Shown here one piece after another: positions 40,381 to 54,482 of a DNA stretch of 64,000 nucleotides; the stretch's first letter is position 1; every line of letters starts with the position of its first letter. A program made the position numbers and the translations under genes. Below the pieces are notes generated by a model, which saw nothing but the letters and a program-made list of their open reading frames with translations, did no database searches and was not told where the DNA came from. Origin of the DNA: Eledone cirrhosa. Lineage: Eukaryota. The stretch lies in NCBI GenBank assembly GCA_964016885.1, contig OZ024750.1, positions 4,216,001-4,280,000 on the forward strand. The letters run 5' to 3'.

Positions 40381-40510
40381 ATAAATCTACCAAGAGTTTA
40401 CGGTAGTGTCCAATCCGTATGAAGAACTCAATGTATTCCGGATATCATGGAAAGAAGAGATGTAATGAAAAATCACTTTCGGTGAAAGATAAACGGTATA
40501 CAGAGTCAAG

Positions 40511-40655
40511 ATAAAATATTAAACAAATAATGAATAAACAATTCCTTATATTAAACAAAAAAAGTTCATTATTTGAACTTATATTAAACAAAAAAAGTTC
40601 ATTATTTGAACTTTTTTTGTTTAATATAAGGAATTGTTTATTCATTATTTGTTTA

Positions 40656-40664
<9 letters not shown>
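40511..40664. repeat. AT-rich palindrome with a duplicated centre
   Basis: ataaaatattaaacaaataatgaataaacaattccttatattaaac mirrored; ttatattaaacaaaaaaagttcattatttgaact occurs twice. Confidence 0.9.
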
Positions 40665-40718
<54 letters not shown>

Positions 40719-40882
40719 GTATGTATATATAATATATATAAACAAATTATATATACACATATATATATTATATATATAAACATATACACACATATATATA
40801 TATTATATATATAAACAAATAAATAAGTAAATATATATAAAATAAACAAACAAATGTGTTGTGAGTGTAAGAACATAAAGAA

Positions 40883-40924
<42 letters not shown>

Positions 40925-40926
<2 letters not shown>

Positions 40927-41072
40927 CGAAGGAAGTGTGGTAAGGAACCAGATGGACCATAACGCACCAGAGTACTCAATATTTATGGTAGTAGAGTGGG
41001 AAAAAGGAAAATAGTCCAGAAATAGCCGTCAAAACGGCTTGAGCTCTGCCGTCGGGGTCATACTTTTTCCTA
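40925..41072 (-). mobile_element. Family E fragment in (TA)n with internal inversion
   Basis: ggaccataacgcaccagagtactcaat, followed by an inverted gagctctgccgtcggggtc segment. Confidence 0.7.
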
Positions 41073-41289
41073 TATATATATAATAATAAGAAGAATATAT
41101 ATACATATATATATATATATGTAAGTTTTTATTTTGATAAGTGTCTGTCATTTGTTGTCTTATCAGAGACAGCAATGGCATATGTGGTTAAATAAGGGGC
41201 CAGTGGGGTAGAGGAGGGAGTTTCAGACAAGTACATGAAGGGATTGAATCTAGATGGGGGCTGATAACATCTGACTTGTAGGTGTTGTT

Positions 41290-41793
41290 TAGAGGGGGAG
41301 GGGTGGTGAAGGAGAGGAGGGAGGGAGAGAGAGGAGGGAGGGAGAGATGAGAGAGGGAGGAGGGGAGAGGAGAGAGAGGGATGGGGGTGGTGAAGGAGAG
41401 GAGAGAGGGGTGGTGAAGGGGAGGGAGAGGGGTGATGAAGGTGAGGAGGGAGGGAGAGAGTTGAGAGTGAGAGGAGGGAGAGAAAGATAGATGGGGAGAG
41501 GGAGAGAGATGAGAGTGAGAGAGGAGAGAGATAGATAGATGGGGAGAGTGAGAGGAAGATAGATGGGGAGAGGGAGAGAGATGAGAGTGAGAGAGGAGAT
41601 ATAAAGATAGATGGGGAGAGGGAGAGAGATGAGAGTGAGAAAGGAGAGAGATAGATAGATGAGGCAAGAGAGAGGAAGAGGAGAGGGAGAGAAAGGGGTG
41701 TGTAGAAGAGCGGGGAGTAAAGAAGGAGAGAGAGAGAAAGAAAGAAGAGAGAGAGGAAGAGGGAGATGCAGAAAGAGAGAAAAGGGAGAGTGG

Positions 41794-41881
<88 letters not shown>

Positions 41882-42916
41882 GAAATTTACCCTCTTCCCA
41901 TCTACCATAACCTCCCTCCAACAGTTGATATATATACATTACATACATATATATACATATATATACATATACACATATACATACATATACATACATATAC
42001 GTATATATACATATACATACATATACATATATATACATATACATATATATATACATATACATATACATATATATATACATATACATATATATATACATAT
42101 ATATACATACATATATATATATACATATATATACATACATATACATATACAAATATATACATATACATATATATATACATATATATACATATACATATAT
42201 ATACATATATATACATATACATATACATATATATACATATATATACATATATATACATATATATACATATACATATATATACATATATATACATATATAT
42301 ACATATATATACATATACATATACATATACATATATATACATATACATATACATATATATACATATATATACATATACATATATATACATATACATATAT
42401 ATACATATATATACATATACATATATATACATATACATATATATACATATACATATACATATACATATATATACATATATATACATATATATACATATAC
42501 ATATATATACATATACATATACATATATATACATATATATACATATACATATATATACATATACATATATACATATATATACATATACATATATATACAT
42601 ATACATATATATACATATACATATATACATATATATACATATATATACATATACATATATATACATATACATATATATACATATACATATATATACATAT
42701 ACATATATATACATATATATACATATACATATATATATATACATATACATATATATACATATACATATATATAGATATATATACATATACATATATATAC
42801 ATATACATATATATACATATACATATATATACATATATATACATATACATATATATACATATACATACATATACATATATATACATATATATACATATAC
42901 ATATACATATATATAC

Positions 42917-42948
<32 letters not shown>

Positions 42949-42972
42949 ACATATAAATATATATACATATAC
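41290..42972. repeat. GA-rich polypurine tract followed by about 1 kb of (TA/CATA)n
   Basis: Directly visible. Confidence 0.95.
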
Positions 42973-43100
42973 AATCAACAACAAAAGTTTATACATTGTT
43001 GAACTAAATAATAGTTGTAAGGAATTTCAGAAATTAAATTTTTCTTTTTAGTTTTTAGAAAACATATTTCAGATTCTTTGTTGGTGTTTTGTGTCCTTTC

Positions 43101-44558
43101 TCTACTTCTGAGGTATTCCACCCCAGTCTACATCTGAGGTATTCCACCCCAGTCTACATCTGAGGTATTCCACCCCAGTTTACATCTGAGGTATTCCACC
43201 CCAGTCTACATCTGAGGTATTCCACCTCAGTTTACATCTGAGGTATTCCATCCCAGTCTACATCTGAGGTATTCCACCCCAGTCTACATCTGAGGTATTC
43301 CACCCCAGTCTACATCTGAGGTATTCCACCCCAGTCTACATCTGAGGCATTCCACCCCAGTTTACATCTGAGGCATTCCACCCCAGTCTACATCTGAGGT
43401 ATTCCACCCCAGTCTACTTCTGAGGTATTCCACCCCAGTCTACTTCTGAGGTATTCCACCCCAGTCTACATCTGAGGTATTCCACCCCAGTCTACTTCTG
43501 AGGTATTCCACCCCAGTCTACATCTGAGGTATTCCACCCCAGTCTACATCTGAGGTATTCCACCCCAGTTTACATCTGAGGCATTCCACCCCAGTCTACA
43601 TCTGAGGTATTCCACCCCAGTCTACATCTGAGGTATTCCACCCCAGTCTACATCTGAGGTATTCCACCCCAGTCTACTTCTGAGGTATTCCACCCCAGTT
43701 TACATCTGAGGTATTCCACCCCAGTCTACATCTGAGGTATTCCACCTCAGTTTACATCTGAGGTATTCCACCCCAGTTTACATCTGAGGTATTCCACCCC
43801 AGTTTACATCTGAGGTATTCCATCCCAGTCTACATCTGAGGTATTCCACCTCAGTTTACATCTGAGGTATTCCACCCCAGTTTACATCTGAGGTATTCCA
43901 CCCCAGTTTACATCTGAGGTATTCCATCCCAGTCTACATCTGAGGTATTCCACCCCAGTCTACATCTGAGGTATTCCACCTCAGTTTACATCTGAGGTAT
44001 TCCACCCCAGTTTACATCTGAGGTATTCCACCCCAGTTTACATCTGAGGTATTCCATCCCAGTCTACATCTGAGGTATTCCACCCCAGTCTACATCTGAG
44101 GTATTCCACCTCAGTTTACATCTGAGGTATTCCATCCCAGTCTACATCTGAGGTATTCCACCCCAGTCTACATCTGAGGTATTCCACCCCAGTCTACATC
44201 TGAGGTATTCCACCCCAGTCTACTTCTGAGGTATTCCACCCCAGTTTACATCTGAGGTATTCCACCCCAGTTGACATCTGAGGTATTCCATCCCAGTCTA
44301 CATCTGAGGTATTCCACCCCAGTCTACATCTGAGGTATTCCACCCCAGTCTACATCTGAGGTATTCCACCCCAGTTTACATCTGAGGTATTCCATCCCAG
44401 TCTACATCTGAGGTATTCCACCCCAGTCTACATCTGAGGTATTCCACCCCAGTCTACATCTGAGGTATTCCACCCCAGTCTACATCTGAGGTATTCCACC
44501 CCAGTCTACATCTGAGGTATTCCACCCCAGTTTACATCTGAGGTATTCCACCCCAGTT
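43101..44558. repeat. 26-bp minisatellite, about 56 copies
   Basis: tctgaggtattccaccccagtctaca with no spacers. Confidence 0.97.
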
Positions 44559-44611
44559 TTCAATAAAACACATTTCACTTAAATATACAAACATGAGGGT
44601 AATAATAAGGG

Positions 44612-44920
44612 TTTCTACTTTTGGCACAAAGCCAGCAATTACCCAAGTGCATTACTGGTACTTTATTTTATTGACCCCGTAAGGATGAAAGACAAAGTTA
44701 ACTCCAGTGGGATTTGAACTCAGAATGGCAAGGGCCGTAACTCGATGCGTCAAAGCATGGCGTCCGACCCTCTACCGATACTGCCATAATAATGGTTACT
44801 GATTTAGGCACAAGGCCACCTATTTTGGGGGAAAGGGAAAGTCGATTAAATCGACCCCAGTACATTACTGGTACTTTATTTTATTGACCTCGTAAGGATG
44901 AAAGGCAAAGCTAACCTTGT
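44612..44920 (-). mobile_element. Two adjacent SINE group A copies
   Basis: 44612-44786 near complete; 44792-44920 3' part only. Confidence 0.8.
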
Positions 44921-44954
44921 TGGAAAAAAAAGGAAAAAGTCTGGATGAGAAGAC

Positions 44955-45370
44955 AATGAATGAATGAATGAATGAATGAATGAGTGAATGAATGAGTGAA
45001 TGAATGTGTGAGTGAGTGAGTGAATGAGTGAGTGAATGAATGAGTGAATGAATGAATGAGTGAGGGAGTGAATGAATGAGTGAGTGAGTGAATGAATGAG
45101 TGAATGAATGAATGAATGAGTGAGGGAGTGAATGAATGAGTGAATGAATGAATGAGTGAGTGAATGAATGAGTGAATGAATGAATGAATGAGTGAGTGAG
45201 TGAATGAATGAGTGAATGAATGAATGAATAAATGAGTGAATGAGTGAGTGAGTGAGCGAATAAATGAATGAATGAGCGAGTGAGCAAATGAATGAATAAA
45301 TGAATGAGTGAGTGAATGAATAAATGAATGAATGAATAAATGAATGAATGAATAAATGAATGAGCGAATG
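44955..45370. repeat. (GAAT/GAGT)n microsatellite
   Basis: Directly visible. Confidence 0.95.
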
Positions 45371-45992
45371 AAGGACACAGTGGACTAGAGCAACGTGAAA
45401 TAAAGTATCTTGCTGAAGGATGCAATGCATCACCAGGAATCGAACACACGACCTTACTGTATTGTATGTAAGCATGTAACCTGCAGTAATTAAATCAACC
45501 TTGATTGAGGTTAAACTACAGATTCCCCCCATCTTACTTGAAGCCAGAAAAAAAAAAACTACCCTTTCCATTGTCGATGGTGACACCCTGGGGCAAAATA
45601 ATGGGGAGCATCCATAGAAATATAGTTTTACTATTGTCACCACTATCACCAGTGATTTCATTATTACAATTAAATAATATTATTGCCATTAGGGGGGGGA
45701 TGAGGGGGAGAATGATGGGGAGGATGGTGGGGAGGGGAGGAGATGGGAAGAAAAGGAAGGTGAAGGGAAGAAGAACAGAAGGGATGAGGAGAGGAAGAGG
45801 AGGAAGGAGGGGGACCAGGAGAAGGAAGATGAGGGGGAGGGATGAGGAGGAAGAAGAGGGGGACAGAAGAGATAAGGAGGGAACATTTTGTGAGCAGTGT
45901 TGACAGAAGAAGTCAATCTGTGAAATAATATTGTTGTGTAAACGAATCAATTTAAATTTAAATACAGAAAACAACATCTTTCTGTAATAGCT

Positions 45993-46433
45993 CACCAAAT
46001 GTCTGAGGTTTTAGCCCCACCAAATGTCTGAGGTTTTAGCCCCACCAAATGTCTGAGGTTTTAGCCCCACCAAATGTCTGAGGTTTTAGCCCCACCAAAT
46101 GTCTGAGGTTTTAGCCCCACCAAATGTCTAAGGTTTTAGCCCCACCAAATGTCTGAGGTTTTAGCCCCACCAAATGTCTGAGGTTTTAGCCCCACCAAAT
46201 GTCTAAGGTTTTAGCCCCACCAAATGTCTGAGGTTTTAGCCCCACCAAATGTCTAAGGTTTTAGCCCCACCAAATGTCTGAGGTTTTAGCCCCACCAAAT
46301 GTCTAAGGTTTTAGCCCCACCAAATGTCTGAGGTTTTAGCCCCACCAAATGTCTAAGGTTTTAGCCCCACCAAATGTCTGAGGTTTTAGCCCCACCAAAT
46401 GTCTAAGGTTTTAGCCCCACCAAATGTCTGAGG
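45993..46433. repeat. 25-bp minisatellite, about 17.5 copies
   Basis: caccaaatgtct(g/a)aggttttagccc. Confidence 0.97.
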
Positions 46434-46577
46434 AAAACCATATATTTTGAATTGTTCGTAAAAGTCATGCTATTTAGTATTTAACATCTACTATGTTTGA
46501 TAAGTCAAAAATATAAGAAATCCTCCTTTCTGGCAAACAAACCCTTCTACATAATCCCTAGATCTTCTTTATACAGC

Positions 46578-46608
<31 letters not shown>

Positions 46609-46610
<2 letters not shown>

Positions 46611-46852
46611 AGCTCACACCTATGCAGGTTTAGCTGGCCTCCTCCAAGGTATATCTCGATGGAGGTGTCTTGGGTAATTTAATGATAGGGTCCCCAGTCC
46701 CTATCATCTCATTTCTACAGCTGAGTAAACTGGAGCAACGTGAAATAAAGTGTCTTGCTCAAGGAAACAACACATCACCCGGTCCGAGAATTGAACTCAC
46801 AACCTTTCGATTGCAAGCCTAATGCTCTAACCACTAAGCCATGCGCCTTCAC
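46609..46852 (-). mobile_element. Full-length SINE group B with alternative tail ending in (CA)n
   Basis: Reverse strand starts gtgaaggcgcatggcttagtggttagagc; near-identical copy at 51418-51659. Confidence 0.85.
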
Positions 46853-47252
46853 ATCAGCTTAACACATCACAGCTTAACAATTACTGAATCATTTTTTTAC
46901 TTGTCCGATCCTTATTTACATAAGATGATAAGCTTTATTTCCCCTACAAAATGAAATTCTTTCAGTTTTAATAGATAAGGGAGACTTTGTAATACTGTTT
47001 AGTTCTAAAACCATTAGCCAATCCTTAGTTGTTTTATAGTTGTATCAGAGGAAGAAAAGAAATGCACATATGTTTGCATAGCTTCTGACACAGGTAAAGA
47101 GCGAACAGGTAGATAAAACCATGATTAATAAGTTACTGCAGTAGGAAGAAGTACTTCAAGATATCAGAGTAACCTTAGACGAGAGACCTGGGTCAAATGC
47201 TTGCAACAGATCAACCCTGTTAAAGACACCCAACAATGGAGTTTTAATTTAA

Positions 47253-47678
47253 CCCTTTACAATTTACATTACTCTATATATACTATTATATTTTCATGGT
47301 AAACACATTACCTCACATAATTATCTCACATAATATCAAATCTGAGATTTTGATATTATCTATTTTGAGAACAACACCTTAATGTCAGTATGAGAGGCTG
47401 GTTATAGCCGGTTTGAACAGAAGGAGGTGAGAGAATTCTGGCTGGATACGGCCTGTTTAACCCTTTAGCATTTACATTACTATATATATACTATAGTATT
47501 TTCACAGTAAAGGCTTTATTTTACATAATTATATCACATAATATCGAATCTCTGAGATTTTGATATTATTTATTTTGAGAACAATACCTTAACATCATGA
47601 GTGGCAAGTTACAGCCGGTTTGAACAGAAAGAAGTGAGAGAATTCTGGCCGGACATGGCCGGTTTAAATGCTAAAGGG
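47253..47678 (+). mobile_element. Head-to-tail pair of piggyBac-type MITEs
   Basis: Copy 1 spans 47253-47460 and stops at its internal TTAA; copy 2 spans 47461-47678 and is complete. Confidence 0.85.
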
Positions 47679-48261
47679 TTAAAAGAGGGCAACAGTCTAC
47701 CATCCAAGAACAGATGCAGTTCGAACTCAAAGATTGGTTTGACTGTCTGCTACGTTAGAAGAAACTAATATATTTCTAATAAAAGCACTACCTAGGATTT
47801 TAAAATTATTTTGGAAATAATCAAGAATTTTGAGTGATTTAATTCTCCTCCTTATCATTTAGTGTCCATTTTCCATGCTAGCATGGGTTAGACATGTGTT
47901 GTACTAAATTTAGGTAACAATATAAAACCAATGCATTTTATATATTGAAAAAACGCAGTAGTTCAAGAAGGGAAACTATTTTATTATAAAGCTGGAGTGT
48001 GGAACTTATCTTAATGGAGGTTCTCACATAAAATTAAGAAGGAAGGCTTTTTAAATCTTGCAGACCACTAATATGAATTAATGGTCAATGGTGGAAACAA
48101 TACTGAAGCGTACATGTGTCATATTGTCAATAGTTGATAAATAGGTGTAAAATTCTTTCATGGATGTTAGTTCTTTACTGAGGAGAAACATTTTTTAGGG
48201 GGTGCGTAGATATAAAATATATTTTAACCGAATATTATTTTTGTTTTATTATTAATAAAAA

Positions 48262-48450
48262 GGGCAGTGGATTGGCAGTATCGGTAGAGCGTCAGACACC
48301 ATGCTTTACAGCATAGAGTTATGGCCCTTTAGGTTCTGAGTTCAAATCAAGCTGAGGTTAACTTTGCCTTTCATCCTTATGCGGTCAATAAAATAAAGTA
48401 CCAGTAATGCACTGGGGTTAATTGCTGGCCTTGTGCCAAAAGTAGAAACA
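48262..48450 (+). mobile_element. Full-length SINE group A with target-site duplication
   Basis: ATTATTAATAAAA at 48248-48260 and 48451-48463. Confidence 0.9.
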
Positions 48451-49699
48451 ATTATTAATAAAACATAAAAATTGTAAATAATGTCCACATTTTACTGCGG
48501 ACCACCAAAATATTCTCCCCGGGGGTCACCAGTAGTTCTCAGACCACTGGTTGGTTACCACTGCTTTAAAAACAAACAATATCCATTCATTGATTCAGTT
48601 GTTCATTCATTGAGAATACCTCCAATCTGTATGCAGTATTATATTCTGTTTCACCTGCTTTCACATTTATACCACCTGTAATTTAGTTTGCCAATCATAG
48701 TCAACTTTCAAAGCTACAAGTTTGAATTACTTGCAAATAATAGTAGAGCAGAATTATTTCTAGGTAGATTATATACTAACTTTACACATACTACTAAATC
48801 TAGAACTATGCTGAAATACACATACACTGATGCACACACGCACATGCACACACGCACAGACACACACATGCATATATATGTAACTGACATCATTGTTTTT
48901 AATTTATGTCTAGACTACATCTGTTCAGCATCTGTTGTTGTTGTTGTTGTACTACTACCACTACTACTACTACTACTACAAATGCTGTTTTACTGCTACT
49001 ATTGGTGCTACTACTAGAGTTAGCATCACCACCATCACTACCATCACTACCAACCACCACCATCACCACCATCACTACCAACCACCACCATCACCACCAT
49101 CACCACCATCACCACCATCACCACCACCATCACTACCATCACCACCATCACTACCAACCACCACCAGTAGCAGTGCATCAGTTTTCACCCATTTTGTCTA
49201 TCTCAATAGTGTGTGCGTGTGTGTGTGTGTGTGTGTATATGTGTTTATGTGTGTGCATGTGTTTATGTATGCGTGTGGGTTCCCTGTTGTTTTTGTAAGG
49301 ATTCAGCAGTTAACTGCTAGAAACAATAGTCAATATCCCCTCAAATCACACACATAGGGTCTGCTCAATCAGATCTACCCCGGAGCTAAACATCAATAAC
49401 TAAGAGAACCTTTATTTTCCACAATAACCAACAACACAACCACTCAAACTGCTAGATATAGCAGCCAAATCTACCACTTTTCTTACAGTCTTTAAAAAAA
49501 AAAGGAAGGATACAATGGATGATGTGAGTATTGGACTTGTATCAAGTTGAACAAGTGCATCAGTTGTTTATTTAAATAATGGAACAACCTGTTCTTGATG
49601 TTAAGATGCACAGTGGCCGAGGACTTCACCGACACGTGCACCCTTAATGCAGAATTAAACTTAATAACGATGACACAGGATTGAGATCTCTGGCGTTAT

Positions 49700-49860
49700 A
49701 ATATAATAATGAAATTATTGTGTACAGTGCTCAGGTGCACTACAACTCATCAAAGGTGCATGTATAGTACATAGAATAATGTACAAATGTCAGGGAAGTG
49801 AACAGTGTGTGAGTCATGATATACAATATTAGTTGTACTGTTGGCGAATCTCTGGAAGCA
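49700..49860 (-). mobile_element. Probable LINE 3' end, homolog of 36853-37050
   Basis: gtgcactacaactcatcaaaggtgcatgtatagtacatagaataat is shared. Confidence 0.55.
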
Positions 49861-50614
49861 TCTTCTACTGCAGAAGACCTGACTTCCCATGTGCTCAAGA
49901 TGAAACTAACGTGTAAGAGGACACTAGTCTGCACCAATCTCCTCTCTCTCTCCTCCCTCCCCCATTCACCCATCCCAGTTTTAATATCCCCACCCATTGC
50001 TAAATATCCCATTCACTGCCATGTCCAACTTACATACTTGTCCTTCCCACAATCTTCACCCTTGATATACCTCTTCTGTCCAACCTATTCACACATGCTT
50101 GAAAAAGCTGGACATGCTCTACATTTGCTCTCCCATGAGGCTGCTACCATGACAAAAAAGCAAAACTCTGTCCACCCTGTACGGTGATCTGGTGCCACAA
50201 CAAAGGCACCCAGTTCACTCTGTATAGTGGTCATATTGGTGACAGGAAAAAAAAAAAAAGCACCCAGTCCACTTTGTAAGGTGGTTGTGTTGGTAACACA
50301 AAAAACAACAACACGCCCAGTACACTCTGTAAGGTGATCATGTGGACTGGGCGCTTTTTGACATGTCACCAGCACAACCACCTTACATGGTGGACTGGAC
50401 ACTTTTTGTCATGTCACCAACATGACCACCTTATAGAATGTACTGGGTGCTTTGTTTCTTCTTTTAGTGACCCCAACACAACCACCTTACTGGGTACTTT
50501 TTTTTCATGTCACCAATATAACCACTATACACATTAAATATAAAGATGTAAGAGTGACACTTGGATGGAATTGTCATTGAATGAAAGATATAGAACACAT
50601 TTGATACACTGTGT

Positions 50615-50649
<35 letters not shown>

Positions 50650-50690
50650 TTTGAGTATATGTTGTACCTGTCTCTACCACACCAATTCGG

Positions 50691-50745
50691 ACTGCTTGAA
50701 GACGTCACAGCCAACGATGGCTGTCACCGAAATATATATAGCAGT
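50691..50745 (+). ncRNA. Hammerhead motif (C.C subfamily) with C3-to-U change
   Basis: actgc UUGAAGA (50696-50702) cgt-C-acagcca/tggctgt-C-acc GAAA (50729-50732) UAUAUAUA gcagt. Confidence 0.7.
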
Positions 50746-50806
50746 ATATCTATAATTTATAATAAACGAAGCTAAACTTTACCTATTTGACTTAATTATT
50801 TTATAT

Positions 50807-50874
<68 letters not shown>

Positions 50875-50928
50875 GAAGATATTCTTGTTCAAGGGTTGAT
50901 CCACATACAACAACAACATATGCACTAA

Positions 50929-51209
50929 CCCTTTAGCATTTACAATACTCTTGCAAGCAGGGAAAAGCGGATGTAAAATGATGATGATGATGATGATGAT
51001 GATGATTACTCTATATAAAATATTGTATTTTCATGGTAAAGGCTTTATTTTACATAATTATCTCACATAATATCAAATCTATGAGAGTTTGATGTTTTTC
51101 ATTTTGAGAACAATACCATAACATCAGTATGAGTAGCCAGTTACAGCCAGTTTGAACAGAAAGAGGTAGAGAATTCTGGCTGGATATGGCTGGTTTAAAT
51201 GCTAAAGGG
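50929..51209 (+). mobile_element. piggyBac-type MITE containing a 53-bp retroposon tail
   Basis: Both TIRs present; insert 50952-51004 flanked by A(A/T)TACTCT repeats. Confidence 0.85.
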
Positions 51210-51417
51210 TTAACTGCCCCCCATCAGCAATGTAGATACATGTCTGAGATCGCTCATGTACAAAATAACATGCAGCAAATACATTAGAGGCACTGTCTGC
51301 AAACTAAATATCAAATCTTAGAAAAGACCTGCATTGAAGAACTAATAATTAATGATAAATCTAAAATGTTATATTTGAGGAGGGTCATGTTGTCCTAATA
51401 TGTGTGTGTGTGTGTGA

Positions 51418-51659
51418 CAGCTCACACCTATGCAGGTTTAGCTGGCCTCCTGCAATGTATATCTCGTTGGAGGTGTCTTGGGTAATTTATTGATAGGGAC
51501 CCCAGCCCTATCATTTCATTTCTACAGCTGAGTAAACTGGAGCAACGTGAAATAAAGTGTCTTGCTCAAGGAAACAACACATCACCCGATCCGAGAATTG
51601 AACTCACAACTTTTCGATTGCAAGCCCAATGCTCTAACCACTAAGCCATGCGCCTTCAC
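51418..51659 (-). mobile_element. Full-length SINE group B, same subfamily as 46609-46852
   Basis: Near-identical sequence, also abutting (TG)n. Confidence 0.85.
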
Positions 51660-52374
51660 TGTACTAATATTGCCAGAAATTGAAGCGAAAATCTGTATAA
51701 ATCCTTTTTTTCTGTTAAAAAGCACCTGCAAAAATGTCTCAAATCAATATATGAAAGTAACGATAGCGCAGTGGTCCCTAATATAGATAATATGCCCCAG
51801 AGGGGAGTAATTTGAAAATGATGTTAATGAGAACAAACTTCAGGTTTCACTTTATTACTTTTACATCAAGGTAACTTACATACATATTACTGTCAGAAGA
51901 AATCCCTGTCCCACTTCCTCCAAAGAGGTGCAACACATTTCTATAATCTGCAGAGGGCACTGGGTGTATTTTATTGTGACACCAGCACCAAAGAGGGTTG
52001 CTGTACTTTTGACACAACTAAAGAAACCACATAACCCTTTATAGAGTGGTTTCTGCAACAGATGACCATCACCAACCATGTTAAAAGGTGTACGTGGTGC
52101 ATTCGTTTTTTTTGTGGTAGCAAGTACTCGAGAAGTTGTCAGTCATTCACTGAAGAGCCCGCTGGGAGGGGTAGAGTAGGGGGAGGAGAGAATGGGGGGG
52201 GGGGGGAAGGAGGAAAGATATAGATGGTGTCATGGGTGTATGTGTAGGAGGCAGAGGTAAGAAAAAGTATGTCATGGGTGTATACCATGTGATGGGATTT
52301 GACAAGATGAAGAGTAGGAGAGGAGAGGGGGGGGAGGTGATCTCGAATAACATGGAGGATACTGTAAGCATACA

Positions 52375-53136
52375 CACACACACACATATATATATATGTG
52401 CACACACACACATATATATGTGCACACACACACATATATATGTGCACACACACACATATATATTTGTGCACACACACATATATATATGTGCACACACACA
52501 TATATATATGTGCACACACATATATATATGTGCACACACACACATATATATGTGCACACACACATATATATATATGTGCACACACACATATATATATGTG
52601 CACACACACATATATATGTGCACACACATATATATATGTGCACACACACACATATATATATGTGCACACACACACATATATATATGTGCACACACACATA
52701 TATATGTGCACACACACACATATATATATATGTGCACACACACATATATATGTGCACACACACACACATATATATGTGCACACACACATATATATATATA
52801 TGTGCACACACACATATATATATATGTGCACACACACATATATGTATATGTGCACACACACATATATGTATATGTGCACACACACATATATATATATGTG
52901 CACACACATATATATATGTGCACACACATATATATATGTGCACACACACATATATATGTGCACACACACATATATATATGTCCACACACACACACACTCA
53001 CATATATGTGCATACACACCCATATATATAAATCTGCACACACATATTCACGCACACATATATACTTAGAGAGATATTTATATACACATACACACATCTA
53101 TATCTATCTATATGTATATATACGCACATATATACA

Positions 53137-53174
<38 letters not shown>

Positions 53175-53397
53175 TACACACATCTATCTCTCTCTCTATA
53201 TATATATATATTTATACACACACACATATATGCACACATATTCATGCATATATATATATGCATGAATATGTGTGCATATACAGACTTGTGTGTGTGAGTG
53301 TGGTTGCTTGTGTGTGAGTGTGAGTGGTTGCGTGTGTGAGTGGTTACTTGTGTGTGAGTGTGAGTGGTTACTTGTGTGTGTGAGTGTGTGCAGTTCC

Positions 53398-53482
<85 letters not shown>

Positions 53483-54338
53483 TCCTTGTGAGTGTGCAGT
53501 TCCTTGAGTGTGAGAGTGTGTGCAGTTGCTTGTGTGTGTGTGAGTGTGTGCAGTTCCTTGTGTGAGTGTTCCTTGTGAGTGTGTGTGAGAGTGTGTGTAG
53601 TTCCTTGAGTGCGAGAGTGTGTGCAGTTCCTTATGTGTGAGTGTATGCAGTTCCTTGTGAGTGTGTAGTTCCTTGAGTGTGAGAGTGTGTGCAGTTCCTT
53701 GTGTGTGTGTGTGTGCAGTTCCTTGTGTGTGTGTGTGTGTGTAGTTCCTTGTGTGTGAGAGTGTGTGCAGTTCCTTGTGTATGTGTATGAGCAGTTCCTT
53801 GTGTGTGAGAGTGTACAGTTCCTTGTGTGTGTGTGTGAGTGTGAGTGTGCAGTTCCTTGTGTGTGTGTGAGTGTGCAGTTCCTTGTGCGAGTGTGTGTGA
53901 GAGTGTACAGTTCCTTGTGTCTGTGTGAGTGTGCAGTTCCTTGTGTGAGCGTGTGTGTGAGTGTACAGTTCCTTGTGTGTGTGTGTGTGTGTGTGCAGTT
54001 CCTTGTGTCTGTGTGTGAGTGTGCAGTTCCTTGTGTGTGTGTGCAGTTCCTTGTGTCTGTGTGTGAGTGTGCAGTTCCTTGTGTGTGTGTGAGAGTGTGC
54101 AGTTCCTTGTGTGAGTGTGTGTGTGTGCAGTTCCTTGTGTGTGTGGTTACTCTGACCCCAGACATAGCTGCATGGTTAATAAGTTCACCGGGCAATTACA
54201 TCATTCCGAGTTCAGTTACAATGTCGTCTGCTGTAGGTTGGGGGCCTTCCGGGGAAACGTCACTGGAGGTCAGAGAAAACTGGTTGACACCAGCTCAGTG
54301 GAAGCTCGTATATATATACACACATACACATACAACAA

Positions 54339-54389
<51 letters not shown>

Positions 54390-54448
54390 AACAATGTGTA
54401 TGTATGTATATATACACATACATACTTGCATCTACACATATACAACAA

Positions 54449-54482
<34 letters not shown>

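Noticed and set aside
43101-44558. CRISPR-like regular repeats (also 32289-32752, 39150-39835 and 45993-46433)
   Set aside because: Head-to-tail units with no unique spacers, no cas genes, and a eukaryotic context
45534-45998. 154-aa hydrophobic, proline-rich ORF
   Set aside because: Driven by a GA-rich low-complexity tract
46790-46852. tRNA gene candidates at SINE heads
   Set aside because: A/B boxes run directly into SINE bodies, there are many diverged copies, and no complete acceptor stem is visible
52149-52180. CTGAAGA followed by a GC-rich stretch
   Set aside because: No GAAA or cleavage triplet in register
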